64,000 nucleotides of DNA from positions 19,220,001-19,284,000 of the forward strand of contig OZ336880.1 in assembly GCA_965287045.1 (NCBI GenBank), in the 5' to 3' direction. The notes under the pieces are model-generated. The model was given only the letters and a program-made list of their open reading frames with translations, made no database searches and was not told the origin of the DNA. Positions within the stretch are counted from its first letter, which is position 1; every line of letters begins with the position of its first letter. Positions 1 to 13,652 of this stretch are shown here, piece after piece. The translations under genes and the position numbers were made by a program. The DNA is from Carcharhinus amblyrhynchos. Taxonomy: Eukaryota.

Positions 1-429
1 TACATCTTTGACTCCCTTTTGTGGATTAACGTCAAATTTTGCTAATGCACTGTTTTAGCACCTTGAAATAGCTTAGGATATTAAAGATGCTATATAAATT
101 TGTTGCCATAGGAATATTTATGTAAGAGGAGTTTAGCTATTGTGACTTGGTGTAAAAAGATCTTTACTCATGTTGACTATCCATTATTGTTGCATTTTTT
201 GGCAATCATTTTTTTATCCTTGGGTTGATGAATTTGCACTTCCTATCTATGCAAATTGATTGTTCTCAGCAAACTGATGGTTTAACCTGTAATGCTGCAT
301 CCTCAGCTGGCATTTTTATTGCGGTTAGGATCAGTACTGAAGATTTTTCGATGCTGTGGTAACCCTTTAATATCTCATAATGGAATAGATTTCATAATTC
401 CTGGTGTTCACCACATAAAATTATAAATG

Positions 430-660
430 GTAGGAGAAGTAGACTATCATGCCTGCTGAGCATGCTCAGACACGCAGTAAAGTTATGGCTGATCTGATTG
501 TAACCTTAACTTCACTTTCCTCCCCAGACCCCATAACCTTTGACTTCCTTGTAGATCAGAAATCTGTCCAGCTCAGCTTTAATTGTTGTTCCAGCCTCTG
601 CTCTCTGGGGAAGAGAATTTTAATGACCCTCTGATTTAGGAAATTCCTGCTCCTCCATCT
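430..660 (-). mobile_element. Old CR1-type LINE 3' fragment, part 1 (continues at ~1768-1804 and ~3070-3240)
   Basis: Degenerate version of the 3' end seen in the adjacent young copy (taggag..gtag..c..atggctgatct). The sequence resumes collinearly after the nested insertions. Confidence 0.6.
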
Positions 661-1767
661 TAGAATATAAGAACATAAGAAATAGGAGCAGGAGTAGGCC
701 ATCTAGCCCTTCGAGCCTGCCCCGCCATTCAGTAAGATCATGGCTGATCTGTCGTGGCTCAGTTCCACTTTCCCACCCTCCCCATAACCCTTAATCCCCT
801 TGATTATCAAAAACCCATCAACCCGCGTCTTAAAAATATTTAGCGAGGCAGCCTCCACCACTTCAACGGGCAGAGAATTCCAGAGATTCGCCACCCTTTG
901 AGTGAAGAAGTTCTTCCTCAACTCCGTTCTAACCCCCCCCCCCCTTTATCTTGAGGCTGTGCCCCCTAGTCCTGCTGTCCTTTCTGAGCGGGAAGAGTCT
1001 CTCCACCTCTATCCTATCCTATCCTATCCATCCCATTCATCATCATATACGTCTCAATGAGATCTCCCCTCATTCTTCTAAACTCTAACGAGTACAAGCC
1101 TAGTTTATTCAGCCTCTCCTCATAGCTCAACCCCCTCAGCTCCGGTATCAGCCTAGTAAACCTCCTCTGCACTCCCTCCAAGGCCAAAATATCCTTGCGT
1201 AAGTGCGGCGACCAAAACTGCACACAGTACTCCAGCTACGGCCTCACCAGTGCCCTATACAGCTGCTGCAAGACCTCCCTACTTTTATATTCAATCCCCC
1301 TCGCCATGAAGGCCAGCATCCCATTGGCCTTCTTGACCACCTGCTGCACCTGCAGGCTGGGTTTTGCGACTCATGCACAAGGACCCCGAGGTCCCTCTGC
1401 ACCGTCGCCTGCTGCAGTTTTTCACCATGTAAGTAATAGTCCTTCGTACCATTATTCCTACCAAAGTGGACCACCTCACACTTGCCAACATTAAATTCCA
1501 TTTGCCAGTTCCTGGCCCATTCGCCCAGCCTATCTAGATCCTTCTGCAGACTCTCCACACCCTCCGCGCAATTTGCCATTCCACCAATCTTGGTGTCATC
1601 AGCAAATTTCGACACCATGCACTCGGTTCCCTCCTCCAGATCATCTATATAAATGGTAAATAGCTGAGGCCCCAGCACCAACCCCTGGGGTACTCCACTA
1701 GTCACCAACCGCCAATCCGAATAGCACCCATTGACCCCCCACTCTCTGCCTCCTATTTGACAGCCAA
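661..1767 (-). mobile_element. Young 5'-truncated CR1-type (HER1-like) LINE, RT C-terminus plus 3'UTR
   Basis: ORFs 1244-1708 ([26 protein letters not shown]), 1014-1223 (QFWSPHLRKDILALEGVQRRFTRLIP) and 703-921 (FFTQRVANLWNSLP), separated by frameshifts. Short tandem tail (agaacata). Confidence 0.92.
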
Positions 1768-1804
1768 AACTTAAACAGGAGATCCCTCTTTTTGAAACTG
1801 TCCC

Positions 1805-3069
1805 TGTTACAACTGTTTCTATTTTAGTTTATATTAAGGATGTAGAATTTTGGTTTCAGTTTTAAGATGGTTATGTACTTGTGGTTTGATTTAGCATGCT
1901 TGTGTGTTTATAAACCACGCTTGAACTTTTGATCCAACTGAGAGGCTTTTGAAAACAAGAAAACCCTGAGGGTGTGGAAAAAATTGAGGGTGGAGCTATT
2001 TTCTAAAACAAAAACTGGGATATGGGATTTTGTTTTAGGGAAAAGCATGCAAGATAACCTGATCCAGAAACTGCAGATATCCAGTCTGTTTACCCAGAGA
2101 ACTCAGTCCTGCAGAGTTCTCTAGAATTCCCTCTCTCCCGCCTAAACATTCAGAACTAAGTAGCTCTGTAAAGAGAGAAGTCGAGCTATGGAATAGATGC
2201 CAAGGAAGTGTCTATTTCTGTCTGGTGGGTCCTAGTGTGTGACTGTCAGCGATGCCTATACTTGGACCTGAGGTCTATCTACCACAGACCTGAGCTGTGG
2301 CCTGTGCAGCCAGACCAATTGAAATGGAACTGCCTTCCAGACTGAGGTATGTTTAAAAACCTGAGCCACAATTAAAAGTTAAGTTGGGTAAAGTCTTTTG
2401 GATTGAGATTGTGGTAGAAGCTCACACTGTTTAGACTAATCATTTTATTTGCTCAGTACCTATAAATTTATCTAGTAAAGATTATTTTGGCGTTAGTGTA
2501 ATCTTATTTCCTTACTCTTGGTTCTTCCACACATCATGTTAGAACATAGAGAAACTACAGCACAAACAGGCCCTTCGGCCCACAAGTTGCGCTGATGATA
2601 TCCCTACCTACTAGGCTTATCTATAACCCTCAATCCTATTAAGTCCCATGTACTCATCCAGCAGTCTCTGAAAAGACCGTATCAAATCTGCCTTCTCCAC
2701 CACTGCCGGCAGCCGATTCCACTCACCCACCACTCTGAGTGGAAAAACTTACCCCTGACATCTCCTCTGTACCTACTCCCCAGCACCTTAAACCTGTGGC
2801 CTCTCTTAGCAACCATTTCAGCCCTGGGAAAAAACCTTTGAGAATCCATCCGATCTATGCCTCTCAATATTATGTTAATGATTACTGCTCAAAGATGTGC
2901 CGGTTAGATGGATTGGCGGTGCTAGCTAGGGTGTGGGGTAGGACTGTGGTCGATGTAGACTCGATGGGGCCGAATGGCGGCCTCCTGTACTGTAAGATTC
3001 CGTGATTCTCATCAAACCAGATCATAAGTGTTAAGCTCGCCCAATATTCTCATAGCTGGGATTAGGACA
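1805..3069. mobile_element. Putative solo LTR (TGT...ACA) containing CR1 and SINE fragments
   Basis: Starts tgttac and ends aggaca, with flanks tccc/cccc. Cleanly interrupts the old CR1 (gaaactgtccc | ccccctagat). No coding capacity. Confidence 0.45.
2541..2868 (-). mobile_element. CR1-type LINE 3' fragment
   Basis: ORF 2682-2867 RGIDRMDSQRFFPR..RGHRFKV..GDVRGKFF, plus tail agaacatag..acaggcccttcggcccac. Confidence 0.85.
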
Positions 3070-3249
3070 CCCCCTAGATTTCACCATGAGGGGAAACATC
3101 ATCTCCTCATCAATCCTGTCAAACCACTTCAGAATCTCTTAAAGTTAATTGATTTATTAGTCACAAGCCAGCTTACATTAACATTGCAATGAAGTTAGTG
3201 AAAATCCCAATGTGATCCCCTCTCGTTTTTCCTTGTACAAATCTATGAC

Positions 3250-4345
3250 TTGGAGTAATGAGGAAAACGCCCTTCAGCCCATCAAGTCTGCACCAACAAG
3301 AACTGTCATTAAAGTTGTGTTAATCCAATTTTTCACCTCTTGTACCACATCTTTGAATGTTGTGACGTTTCAAGTGCTCACCCAGATGCTTTTTGAAGGC
3401 TATAAGGTTTCCAGCCTTCACTACCTTCCCAGACAGTGCATTCCTGATTCTTCCTGAGTGAATTTTTTTCTCAACTCCCCTCTGAATCTCCTGCCCTTTG
3501 CCCTAAAAGTATGTCCCCTCATGATCAACCCTCAACCAAGGGGAGCAGCTGCTTCCTGTTCACCCTGTCTGTACCCCTCATAATCTTATTCGCTTCAGTC
3601 ATGTCCTCCCTCAGCTTTCTCTGCTCTAAAGAAAACAATCCAAGCCTATCCAGTCTCTCCTTTACAGCTCAAATGCTCCGTCCCAGACAACATCCTGGTG
3701 AATCTCCTCTCTACTCCCTCTTGTGCTATCACATCCTTCCTACAGCGAGGTGACCAGAACTGCACATGGTATTCCAGGTGTTGCCTAACCTACACTGTGT
3801 ACAACTCCAACATTAACTCTTTGCTCTTATATTCTAAACCCATGACTAGTAAAAGCATGTGTCATGTGCATTCTTCACAGCCCAATTCACCTGCTCTGCT
3901 GCCTTCAAGGATCTGTGAATAATTGCTTAAGATCCATATGTTCCCCTGAGCTTCTCAGTGTCCTGCCATTCATTAAATACCCCCTTGCTTTGTTACTACT
4001 ACCAAAGTGCTTGACCTCTCACTTATCACCAGTTAGATAACATCTGCCACTGCTCTGCCTATCTGACCAACCCAGCTATATCTTCCTGTAACCTACAACC
4101 ACCACCACCGTTATTAACCATCCTACCAATCTTGGTGTCATCTACAAACTTGTTTATCATTGCCCCCACATTATCATCTGTATCATTTATGTATACCAAA
4201 TAGTAAGTGCCCCAGCACTGAACCTTGTGGTACACCATTGGACACTGGCCTCCAGTCACTCAAACAGTCTGCTACCACCATCCTTTGTGTCCAATTACTA
4301 AACCAGTTTTGGATCCATCTTGCTAAATTTCCCTGAATTTCATGA
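3250..4345 (-). mobile_element. Decayed CR1-type LINE RT fragment
   Basis: ORF 4059-4259 contains INKFVDDTKIG; characteristic gaccagaactgcaca block. Confidence 0.8.
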
Positions 4346-4479
4346 TGGTAAATCTTTCGAATTCTCTATCCTAGAGGGTTGTGGAGGCTCAGCCATTGTT
4401 GAAAAGACCAAGATGGATAGATTTCTACAGAGTAAACATATTGCACGGTTTCACCATCTTTAACCTGTGTTCCAATGTC

Positions 4480-4830
4480 TTCCCCACCAGCCAGAGGAAA
4501 CAACATCACTGTATTCAGTCTGTCCAGCCGGGTCAGAATTTGTACGTTTCAATTAGATCCCCCCTCGCTCTTCGGGACTTCAATGGATACAGGCCCGGTC
4601 GACCCAATCTCCCCTCGGACGACAATCCTACCACCCCCCGGAATCAGTCTGGTGAACTTTCGCTGCACTCCCTCTATGGCAAGCATTGCACTTCATGCCC
4701 ACAATATGCCAGGTGTGGTCTCACCGAGAGCCTGTACAGCTGCAATAAGACATCCTTGCTCCTTTACTCAAGGTCTCTTGCAGTGAAGGCCAACATACCA
4801 TTTGCCTTCCTAACTGCTGTAGCTGCATTT
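4480..4830 (-). mobile_element. CR1-type LINE fragment
   Basis: Similar to 1050-1350 (gaaggccaacataccatttgccttc; ctggtgaac..ctgcactccctc). Confidence 0.7.
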
Positions 4831-4939
4831 CCGTGTGTCGACCAAACTTGCTCAATTTTTCCTTTATAGACCAAATCATCCCAGGAGTCGCTTAGTGAAC
4901 TTTCTCAACTTTCAATGCAAATATAATCCCCCCTCAATC

Positions 4940-5885
4940 AGCTGAAAGACAGGGGACAGAGAGCAGTAGTGAACTGTTGTTTTTCTGTGTGGAGGGAGAA
5001 TTGTATTGGGGTTCTCCAGGAGTTGGTGTAAGATCCCCTTTTCTTCCCGATTTACATTGGTGTACAGGGCACAATTTCAAAATTTGTGGATGATGCAAAA
5101 CTTGGGAATATTATGAACTGTGAGGAGGATGGTGCTAAACTTCAAAAGGACACAAATTGGTGGAATGGATATAAAAAATGATTTGCCTACAATGCTCTGC
5201 ATTATCTTGTATCGTGAGAGGCATTATAAAGTTAAGGATATGATCTGAAAGGGATGCAGGAGCAGATGACCTGGGGTATATGTACTCAAATGATTGAAGG
5301 TTGCAGGGCAGGTTAATCAAGTGATTAATAAAGCATATGGGTGCCTCAACAGAGTGTGAAAACAAGGAAGTTATGTTAAACATATATAAATCACTGATTT
5401 GGCCTCAACCGAAATTCTGAACACCACACTTAAAGTTATAGGGAGGGTTTAAACAAGTTTCACGAGAATGTTTCCAGAGTTAAGGACCTTCAGTTACCAT
5501 AGATGGGCTGGCAAAGCTGGGGCTATTTTCTTTTCACAAGAAGGTTGAGAGGAGATTTGTTAAAGGTATTTGACATTGATCGGGTCTGGACAGAGTCAGC
5601 AGGGAAACTTGTTATTTGTGGAAAGGTCAAGAACTGGAGATATAGCGATGGCAAAAGAAACTGCAGCTACACAGGATAGACTTAATGCTTAGGTTAGTTA
5701 ATCATGGTTAGGATTTGGAATGCACCAAGAGTGTGGTAGAGGCAGGGTCAGATGTAGCTTTCAAAAGGGAATGAGATTGTTATCTGAAACCTTTGCAGGG
5801 CTGCAGGAAAAAGGTACAAGGTAAATTGCCCTTTCAGAAACATGACTGGTCAAATGCATGCCTTGTGCTGTAACCATTCTATAAT
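4940..5885 (+). mobile_element. Old CR1-type LINE fragment, RT to 3' end
   Basis: tcaaaatttgtggatgatgcaaaacttggg (SKFVDDAKLG) and degenerate CR1 3' blocks ending ttctataattc. Confidence 0.75.
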
Positions 5886-5909
5886 TCCAATCAACTGCTG
5901 AACAGAAAC

Positions 5910-6680
5910 TGTAATGCTGCAGTGTTGGCACTTAATACCAGTTGATTCATTCCTTGTATTGCAAAGTTTGTGTTTGTAAAATTGTCTGTTTAAAAAGGTG
6001 GTTTTTTTTCTGTTCTTAGAGTTTTTTTAAAAAATGCAAGTACTCAAAAAGCCCCAAAATGAAACATTGTGTTGAGGGGCCAGGCAGTAATGTTGCTGAG
6101 ACAACAGGCTGTTTTTGAATTTTGCCCAATCAGTTTAAACTAAGTACTTTGCTAACCGCAGCCTATTAAAAAATTTGATGTTTTGTAATCTGAGAACCAA
6201 TCTATTGTGTGATGTTGGTATGTCATCAGGGGTATAAGAATCATCTCTCCGCTTCAGAGAGACTCAATAATTGCCATCTACCAATGTAACAGCCATATTT
6301 AAAAGAGAGCCCCATCTTGATAGTGAAGATAGAAAAGAAGGCAGAAGATTCTGGAAGGTAAAACCTGGTTGTATTTTGAGAGTGACTAAACAAAATTCTA
6401 TTTTTGTTACTAAGTGGGAATTGTATTTATCTAAACAACATTCCATTCAGGTTATTCAGGTTGTTAATACTCTGGTTAACCTGTTGTAGTTAGTTAGACA
6501 AATAGTGTTGTTTGTTGATTGTACAGAGAGAGTCTCAGGTAGTTGTTTTGATTTAACCACTAAAAGTTGAAGAGCAGATCATACTTTTCTCTCAAACTTT
6601 TAACAGGTTCTAAAGCGAGGCACTCTTTGAGTGGTTAGGTGTTAGCTCCCTGAGCGGGGATCTACCTCCCCTTTATGACA
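5910..6680. mobile_element. Possible solo LTR
   Basis: tgtaat...tatgaca termini and LTR-like composition. No TSD found; boundaries uncertain. Confidence 0.25.
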
Positions 6681-9600
6681 CTTGCATGCATATTGAATAG
6701 ATAATTTTGTAATAGTTTACTAATGATGGATATTGACCACTCCATTCAATTGGATGTGGCCAGGAAATGGAATCATTTTGATTTTAAAGTTTGTGATGGA
6801 TTATTTTAGTGTAGAGGTGGCTAGTGGAGATTATTTTCAGTGCTCTTTTTAATAAACATAACCTTTCAAAAAGATCAACATTAATTTTCAATGGAAGCCA
6901 TCTGCAGTGTCAGGTACCAACATGCACTAATATGATGTGAGCAGCATTTATTGAACATTTTCAGCCGAGGAAAAAGCACAGGAGTACTTCTGATGTAGAA
7001 GCCACAATGATACATTTATTGCTTGCTGTACATGTGGGAATGCTAACAGGCAGCTGCAGTGTAAATCACAATTGCATGGCACTTCAAATCCTTTCTGTTC
7101 AGGATGATCTCCCCCTACTGGACTTGTATACAGAAAATATGCTGCGTGAGATGAGAAAAGATTTAAATTTATGGAGAATGCTCACTCAACCATGATGCAA
7201 TATGTTTACTTGAGGAGGTGGTGGTGAAGGGGGGGCGGGGCAGGAGTTGAATGGACTCTGTCGTGTTGTAACACCAGTTTTTGGAGGGGGAAGAGAGCCA
7301 CCTCATACCTAGGCACATGGGAAGCACTGATAAATTTTAGAGTACTTTCAATATATTTCCACAAATTACTTGGGTACGGGCTGGGCATATTGTAACATTT
7401 CTCTGATTGTGCCATGAGTAGCCCTGCATGCATTATTTTGGCATGCTTAAATTTCTCAGTCCTGTGAATTCTAACATCATGCTTTCATAATATGAAGTGC
7501 ATTTTTGTGGGGGCTGCAAAGTAAATATTCCTGCAAATATGAAATGAATCAAGTTACCCTACTGCAGAAATGTTAATATTTCCATCTGTTTTACATTGAT
7601 CGGTGATGCTTCCATATTAGCCACTTATTGAACAATAAAGCAATTGTGAGCAACTGGTAAATTGTGTTTAATACCTAACAATAGACCTAATAATTGTGGA
7701 GCTTTTTTCAAATACTTCAAAAAAGCGTAGTGGATGTTTTGGTGCAGACCGGAGTCTTGCGACTATAGTGGCTACAGGAGCTGAACTAGCAGTCAAATCC
7801 AGAAAATATTGTATGTAATCCAAATGCAGAATTCGAAGTGTAACTCATCTCATTTATTCATTTTTGTTGAATTTCTGATTTCAGCCTGAAATGCTTCCAA
7901 ATGATTTGAATTTTTTTGAATGCTCAGCACACTAAATTTAGCCAACCCCATGTTGAGCTTCAAAGGCCGCATCTTAAAGTGTTGAAATCTAATCCCTTGT
8001 GTAAAATATACTTCAGTTAAAGTGGAAGGTAAGTACACAGGGAATGAATTTTTTTGCTTTTTACATAGAAAGTACATTATATTTGATACATCTCTGAAGC
8101 TTTATTTTTAAAAAAATTCTTAATTTCGACAGATGACCTAGATAAATGTGGTATGGTTTACTTACCTCCTAGGCTGCTTAGATGTCAATTATGGGGGATT
8201 AGCCTACACGTCTCAGAACAGTTCCACTGAAAACTGAGGGTGGGGGGCAGGGGAGAGGAGTTCAGACTGGCCTCAGGGCCGCAACAAAGCCATCCGATCC
8301 AGAAAGGCTTGTTGAGGGGTGGAAATCTGCATTTTCCGGTCTGTCACATGGAAGCTAGTGGTCAGGCAGCCCTCAGGGTTTCTCTGAGGTAACACTGTTG
8401 CCGCCCAGAGTTAAGCTGCTTTGGGGTACTCTTTATAATTCATATCACAACATTCTAAGGACACAAACTCTACTTAAGGCTATCCAGGTTAGTGCAATAA
8501 TTGCTTTCTTTGTGCGTTTGTAGCAATATCTATTGAGCTGGTTCAAAAAGGAGAGTGTAAAGTATCCTCTGCACTTTTCCTTTAGATACTTGCGTTTAGA
8601 CCAAATAGTTCAATTCAGGATGATCAATGATGAGATTGGATATTTTAATTTATTTTTCAAGGAACTGCAGACCCAAGCATAACCTAGATTAAAGACAATT
8701 TCTTAAATTAGTTTATTAGGTATCAATTTGACGTGTTTGAAAAGAGTGACATGATCACAATGCAGCCACAGTATTCATCTGATTGTAGCTACATTAATCT
8801 GTATCTCATCACCTGAGCCTGGTCTGATTGGAGGAGTGTTGGACACAGCTAAATAAGAGAAATGCAGATAATTTTTAAAAAAACAGCTCATCACTTAGCT
8901 GTGTAGAAGTATCCTCAGTGCACATAAGGCCTCTCAACAGATAAACCAGGCAGTTTGATACATGGTGCACCTGAACCACTGTCAGCTACTCTGTTTTTGC
9001 AGAAGCTACTTGCTAGTGTCAAAAAAAACTGTATGGCGAGGACAGTTGCCTCAAATTAACTGTTACTTTTTTATAAGTGCAAAAACTGAGAGAAATGATA
9101 CTACTGTTTGCCAGCTAAAGTGAAGTTATAAAGATGCAGACAGCCAGATTGCAATATTCTTGGATAATTCATGTGTTGTACAATAAAATCACTCGTACAG
9201 CACATAAATTTACAACATAACAGTGCATGAGTTCATGAAACAGTTGCATACTCAGTGTTTGTGTTTATTCCTTTGATGGTTTGATTTGAGGGTTGAGGCG
9301 ACCAGGGAAATGTAGCTGAATAATATATCATATACCGACGGTAACAAACCATATAACTGTCACTTATCCTTCCTATCAAACAATCTGTCAGTATGGAGAT
9401 CTTCCATTGGTCCATTCTCACTTCAATGGGAATACAGGGATGGGTAGAAAATCAGTAGGTTGAAATCGAGGAAATTGTAATAACATATAATTACTTTTCA
9501 TGTGTAACAGCAGTTGGGAATAGGTATAATTCAGTCTTCTGTTTCTGAATTTTGCACCCAACTGTTAAAGTTGTACCTCAGTACTTGCATCGCTTTTCTG

Positions 9601-10008
9601 AATCTCTTTGTTGTACTACAGCTTGATAATGCACTCAGCTAGATTTTGAGTTGCTCCTTGGTGAAATAAAAGATTATGATCACTGAATCTCTCTTGACCC
9701 TAATCTGCACTATTTGTACCTGTGCCAACTGACGCCACACGAGGGAAGATAATCCTGATCAGATCAATGGTGATCATTCTTTTCAGATTTCAAATGTTGG
9801 ATGTAAAAATAAGACTTTACCCAATTGCAAATGATCATTACTGATTTTCTCTGAGTTCACAAGTTGTGTTTGTAGGACAGAGAGCAATTTCCATAACCTA
9901 ACTTGCAGAGCTAGACTGCATGTATATTTGCAAGGAATTTGAATGAGGCAACATGACAGTAAGGAAAGGAGCTGAAATCTAAACAATGATTTAGATCTCA
10001 GCTACTTT

Positions 10009-10996
10009 GGCCTGGATTTTGCAGTGTAAATAACGCTTAATGTTAACAGCAGATGCTGGCGACTGCACATCTATGGTTAAATGGGAAACTGGAAGTTCTA
10101 CGTATTGTTGTGCACTTCTTGAAGCTGCACTATATTTTGCATCTTGCTAAGCAACTCTGTTGAAATATGTGGCATTAAGTTGCTATACTTGTGTGCTTGG
10201 TTCACTAAAATTGCTGGAAAGTTGGATCTTATGCATCCCCCTGTAAGAGATTTTTAAAGATCTATAACCCGACAACGTCTCCTGCACTACAAATCAGACA
10301 TTTGCCTGGAAAAGTTAATTTTAACTGTTGCTTTGTCTTTTATCTCTCTCAAACCATCATTCTTTCAATGGAGTCATATAGTACAGAAGAGGCTCTTTGG
10401 CCCATTGAGTCTACACCAAATGTGAGAAACACCTGACCTCCCACCTAATCCCGTTTACCAACACTTGGTCCATAGCCTTCGATGTTACTATGTGCCAAGT
10501 GCTCATCCAGGTACTTTTTAAAGGGTGTGAGGCAACTCACCTCTGCCATCCTCCCAGGTAGGCATTCCAGAACGTCACCACACTGTGGGTAAAAAAGATT
10601 TTCCCCACATTCCCACTAAACATCCTGTTCCTCACCTTGAAAATGTCCCTTCGTGACTGATCCTTCAACTAAGGAGAATGGCTGCTCCTTATCCACTTTG
10701 TCCATGCCACCCTCGTTTTGTTTTTAGTGCATAGTTTTACACGGAATTAACCATTTGAACTGATGCTTCTTGATCTAGATTCTGTGCCTCAGTAAGGCTT
10801 CTTCAATCTGTTTAAAATGATATTTTTGCTTGCTCTAGTCACTCTGATACCAGAGGCCCTATCATTGACGTTGTGCCAAAATGACTTTCTAATTGTTACA
10901 ACTGCTATTGAAAACGTCCATAGAAACTTAGTGGGCAAGTGTACTCATAATGAATGGTTGGTGCTGTCAGTTCACTGCTGGCTCTAAATCCTGGCC
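10009..10996. mobile_element. Putative non-autonomous DNA transposon (MITE) with CR1 insertion
   Basis: Terminal inverted repeats ggcctggatttt / taaatcctggcc. Related degenerate sequence occurs at ~28790-29370 and ~48860-49270. Confidence 0.4.
10372..10712 (-). mobile_element. CR1-type LINE 3' fragment
   Basis: Tail catatagtacagaagaggc..ttggccc, plus cattccaga..caccac.ct.tgggtaaaaaag (FFTQ.V..W on the minus strand). Confidence 0.75.
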
Positions 10997-11967
10997 AGTG
11001 TTCAGAGGATTTTGTGAAAAATGTTCATTTCTCAAACAATTGGTTCTCAATTTTTGTGACTTGCATTATGATATGCTTATGTTACTTTAATTTCTTATAA
11101 GTAAATGCAAAGTTGGATGCAACAGTTCAGTTTAGGTAAATGCATTAATGAAATCCTGTATATTATCAAAATAAACCAATTATATACTTGGCCAAATCGG
11201 TAATTCCCTTCCCCAAATGAACCTCAGTTTTGTACTATTTACATAGGTAAACATGAAGATGTACATTTCTCTACTACATACCTGCTATTCTTGGAATGCA
11301 GGGCAAATGATACTCTGAACCATCAGTCACAACCATGGGTGACCCTCCCTTCCTATTAATTCCTGTCTGGTTTGTGGGACTACAACATGCCCTTTGTTTA
11401 TCTTCAAGATATGGAATCCTATATAACCCATGTGTTACTAGATGTGAATAAATACTTTGCTTCCATTTTTGTACATTTGAAATATATATAGCGTGAGAAA
11501 TGTTTGGTGTGCCCTCTTGTGGTTCAGGAAAACTGTTTCAGGAAAATACAAGTTCCTTGGCTTTTAGTAATCTGGTGATTTTTTTTGTGTAGAACTATCA
11601 CTTTGTAGTTAGTGAAGCTTATTACAGTAGGAGTGAGTGGGTTAAATTCTTGGCCATCTTGGTGCTAAAACTGCTATTTTAGGTGTCTGGATCATTTTTC
11701 TGATCATTAAATGAGTGGGTTACTGATTAAATCAAAGGACTTGTATTGCAATATTTTAAAAGAGGACACACCAGCATATTAAGATGTATGTTTTTAAAAA
11801 AAAGTAGAACTTAACAATACAAGTGAATCCTGAAGATTTATTGAATACAAGCTGAGTGCAAGTAATCCAGTATTCAAGAATATCATTGTTATAAAGCAAC
11901 AACCATGGAATAGAAAACGTTGTGCACGACAGTTGGTTAGGCACATCGAGCCTGCTGTGACAAAAAT

Positions 11968-12214
11968 CCCACCCAAACCCTATCCCCATAACTTCATGCA
12001 TTCACCCCACTAATTCGCCTGACATTTAAAGGGCAATTTATTGTGGCTAATCAATCTAACCCGCACATCTTTGGAGTGTGATAGGAAACCAGAGCACCGA
12101 GAAAACCCACACAGACATGAGGAGAATGTACAAACTACACAGACAGTGACCCGAAGCCAGAATTGAACCCAAGTCCCTGGCCATGTGCAGCAGCAGTGCT
12201 AACCACTGCTGCCA
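11968..12214 (-). mobile_element. tRNA-derived V-SINE (HE1-like)
   Basis: V-domain (gcacatctttgga.tgtg..aggaaacc.gagcacc..gaaacccac) and head with box B (gaattgaaccc) and box A (gtgctaaccact) on the minus strand. Confidence 0.85.
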
Positions 12215-13652
12215 AATAGTAGTGATATCAAAGTCTGCTTAACTCTTTTTGATTGCAAGTGAGGGGAAAATATTGACCAAGGAACTCCTTGTTCTTCAGA
12301 TATTTTGGGATTTTTCATGTAACCTTGAATAGACTAAGACCTAAGGGGATGGCATTGTGATGGATGGGCTGACCTGCATTTGCTATGTATAAGCCTTTGA
12401 ATTTTCATAAGTTTAAAATTGTTATTTCAGTGCATGCTTAGCTTTTGTCTGTTGGAGATGGAAACCACACTCTTTTTGGTGACTAGAAATTCGCATTATA
12501 GAGAAACTGTTGAGGTATTGCATTTTTGTATGCAAGCCAATTTTGATGGCAAATCTCGTAGAAGCCATCAATCAATTTGCTTTCCAGAGAAAAATATCAC
12601 TTTAAGCTTAAATCCATTTGAAAGCAATCAGTTTTTATGATCAGCATCAAGGTGAGCATCAGGGCGTAAGTTCAATGAGTTTCTTCCGCAGTGGAAGTCG
12701 TCTTTTGATTCCCTGTAAACCAAATTGAAATTCCAAGACTCATGGCCCGGCCCTTTGATTTAGAATCCATCAAGATGAAGACTAGGGGTTCTTTGGGGAA
12801 GGTAAAATCTCATTACTGGTCATGTGGATACTGGTCTAGGTGTGCTTGCATGGAAAAAGTTCATTGATTTATTATAAAGGTGTCCAGTAATGTTTGTTTT
12901 TAGTGCTTTTGTTGCTACTATATGTTTTATTTTGAGTTGTTGGTACTTTATAACCTAAGTTGCACAATTCTAATAGTGTTGTTCTCATGAAAATAGTGAA
13001 TGTGAATATCTCTAAATGAACTAATTACTCTAACTGCTCAATCCCTGAGTCATGCTATAGTACCAAATATTTAGCATATTATGTCACTTTTTCTTTTGCA
13101 TGAATGATGGTTCAGTTATGAGACTGGTCTGAGGCACAAATTATAAAAATATCACTCAATGTAAAAACATGGTAGCAGCCATGTTGGATGGACAATCACT
13201 TAAACATCATTATGGGCTGCATACCAATAAACTACAAAACATTTTGGAGCATTTACCAAAAAATGCTGAGTCTAATGTGTAGTTAAAGAAATTGAGGAAA
13301 AGCCATTTTTAAAGGAAGTGGTCAACAGGTGTGAAACAATGGGTCTGTGTTTTGCTGGAAAGTCGCACTAAGGAATCAATGCGTTGATTCCTTAAAGTAA
13401 AAGTTCAAGGAAATAATGGATGTTTGCGATGTTACACGAATACTTTTGTCCATTGCAGTAAACAGCAGTTGGTCAATTTGCTGCATTTATGCCTGTTCCT
13501 GCACCTTAGACTGAAAAATAATTCTGAGACCTCCATGTTGATGTGATTTATAGTCCTTACCTGCCTCTGTCTGGACATCAACAAAGAGGCCATTGAAGAT
13601 GTGGCGACTAACCTCTTTGGAATAGAAATGAAAAATGCTGTAAACACCCCAG

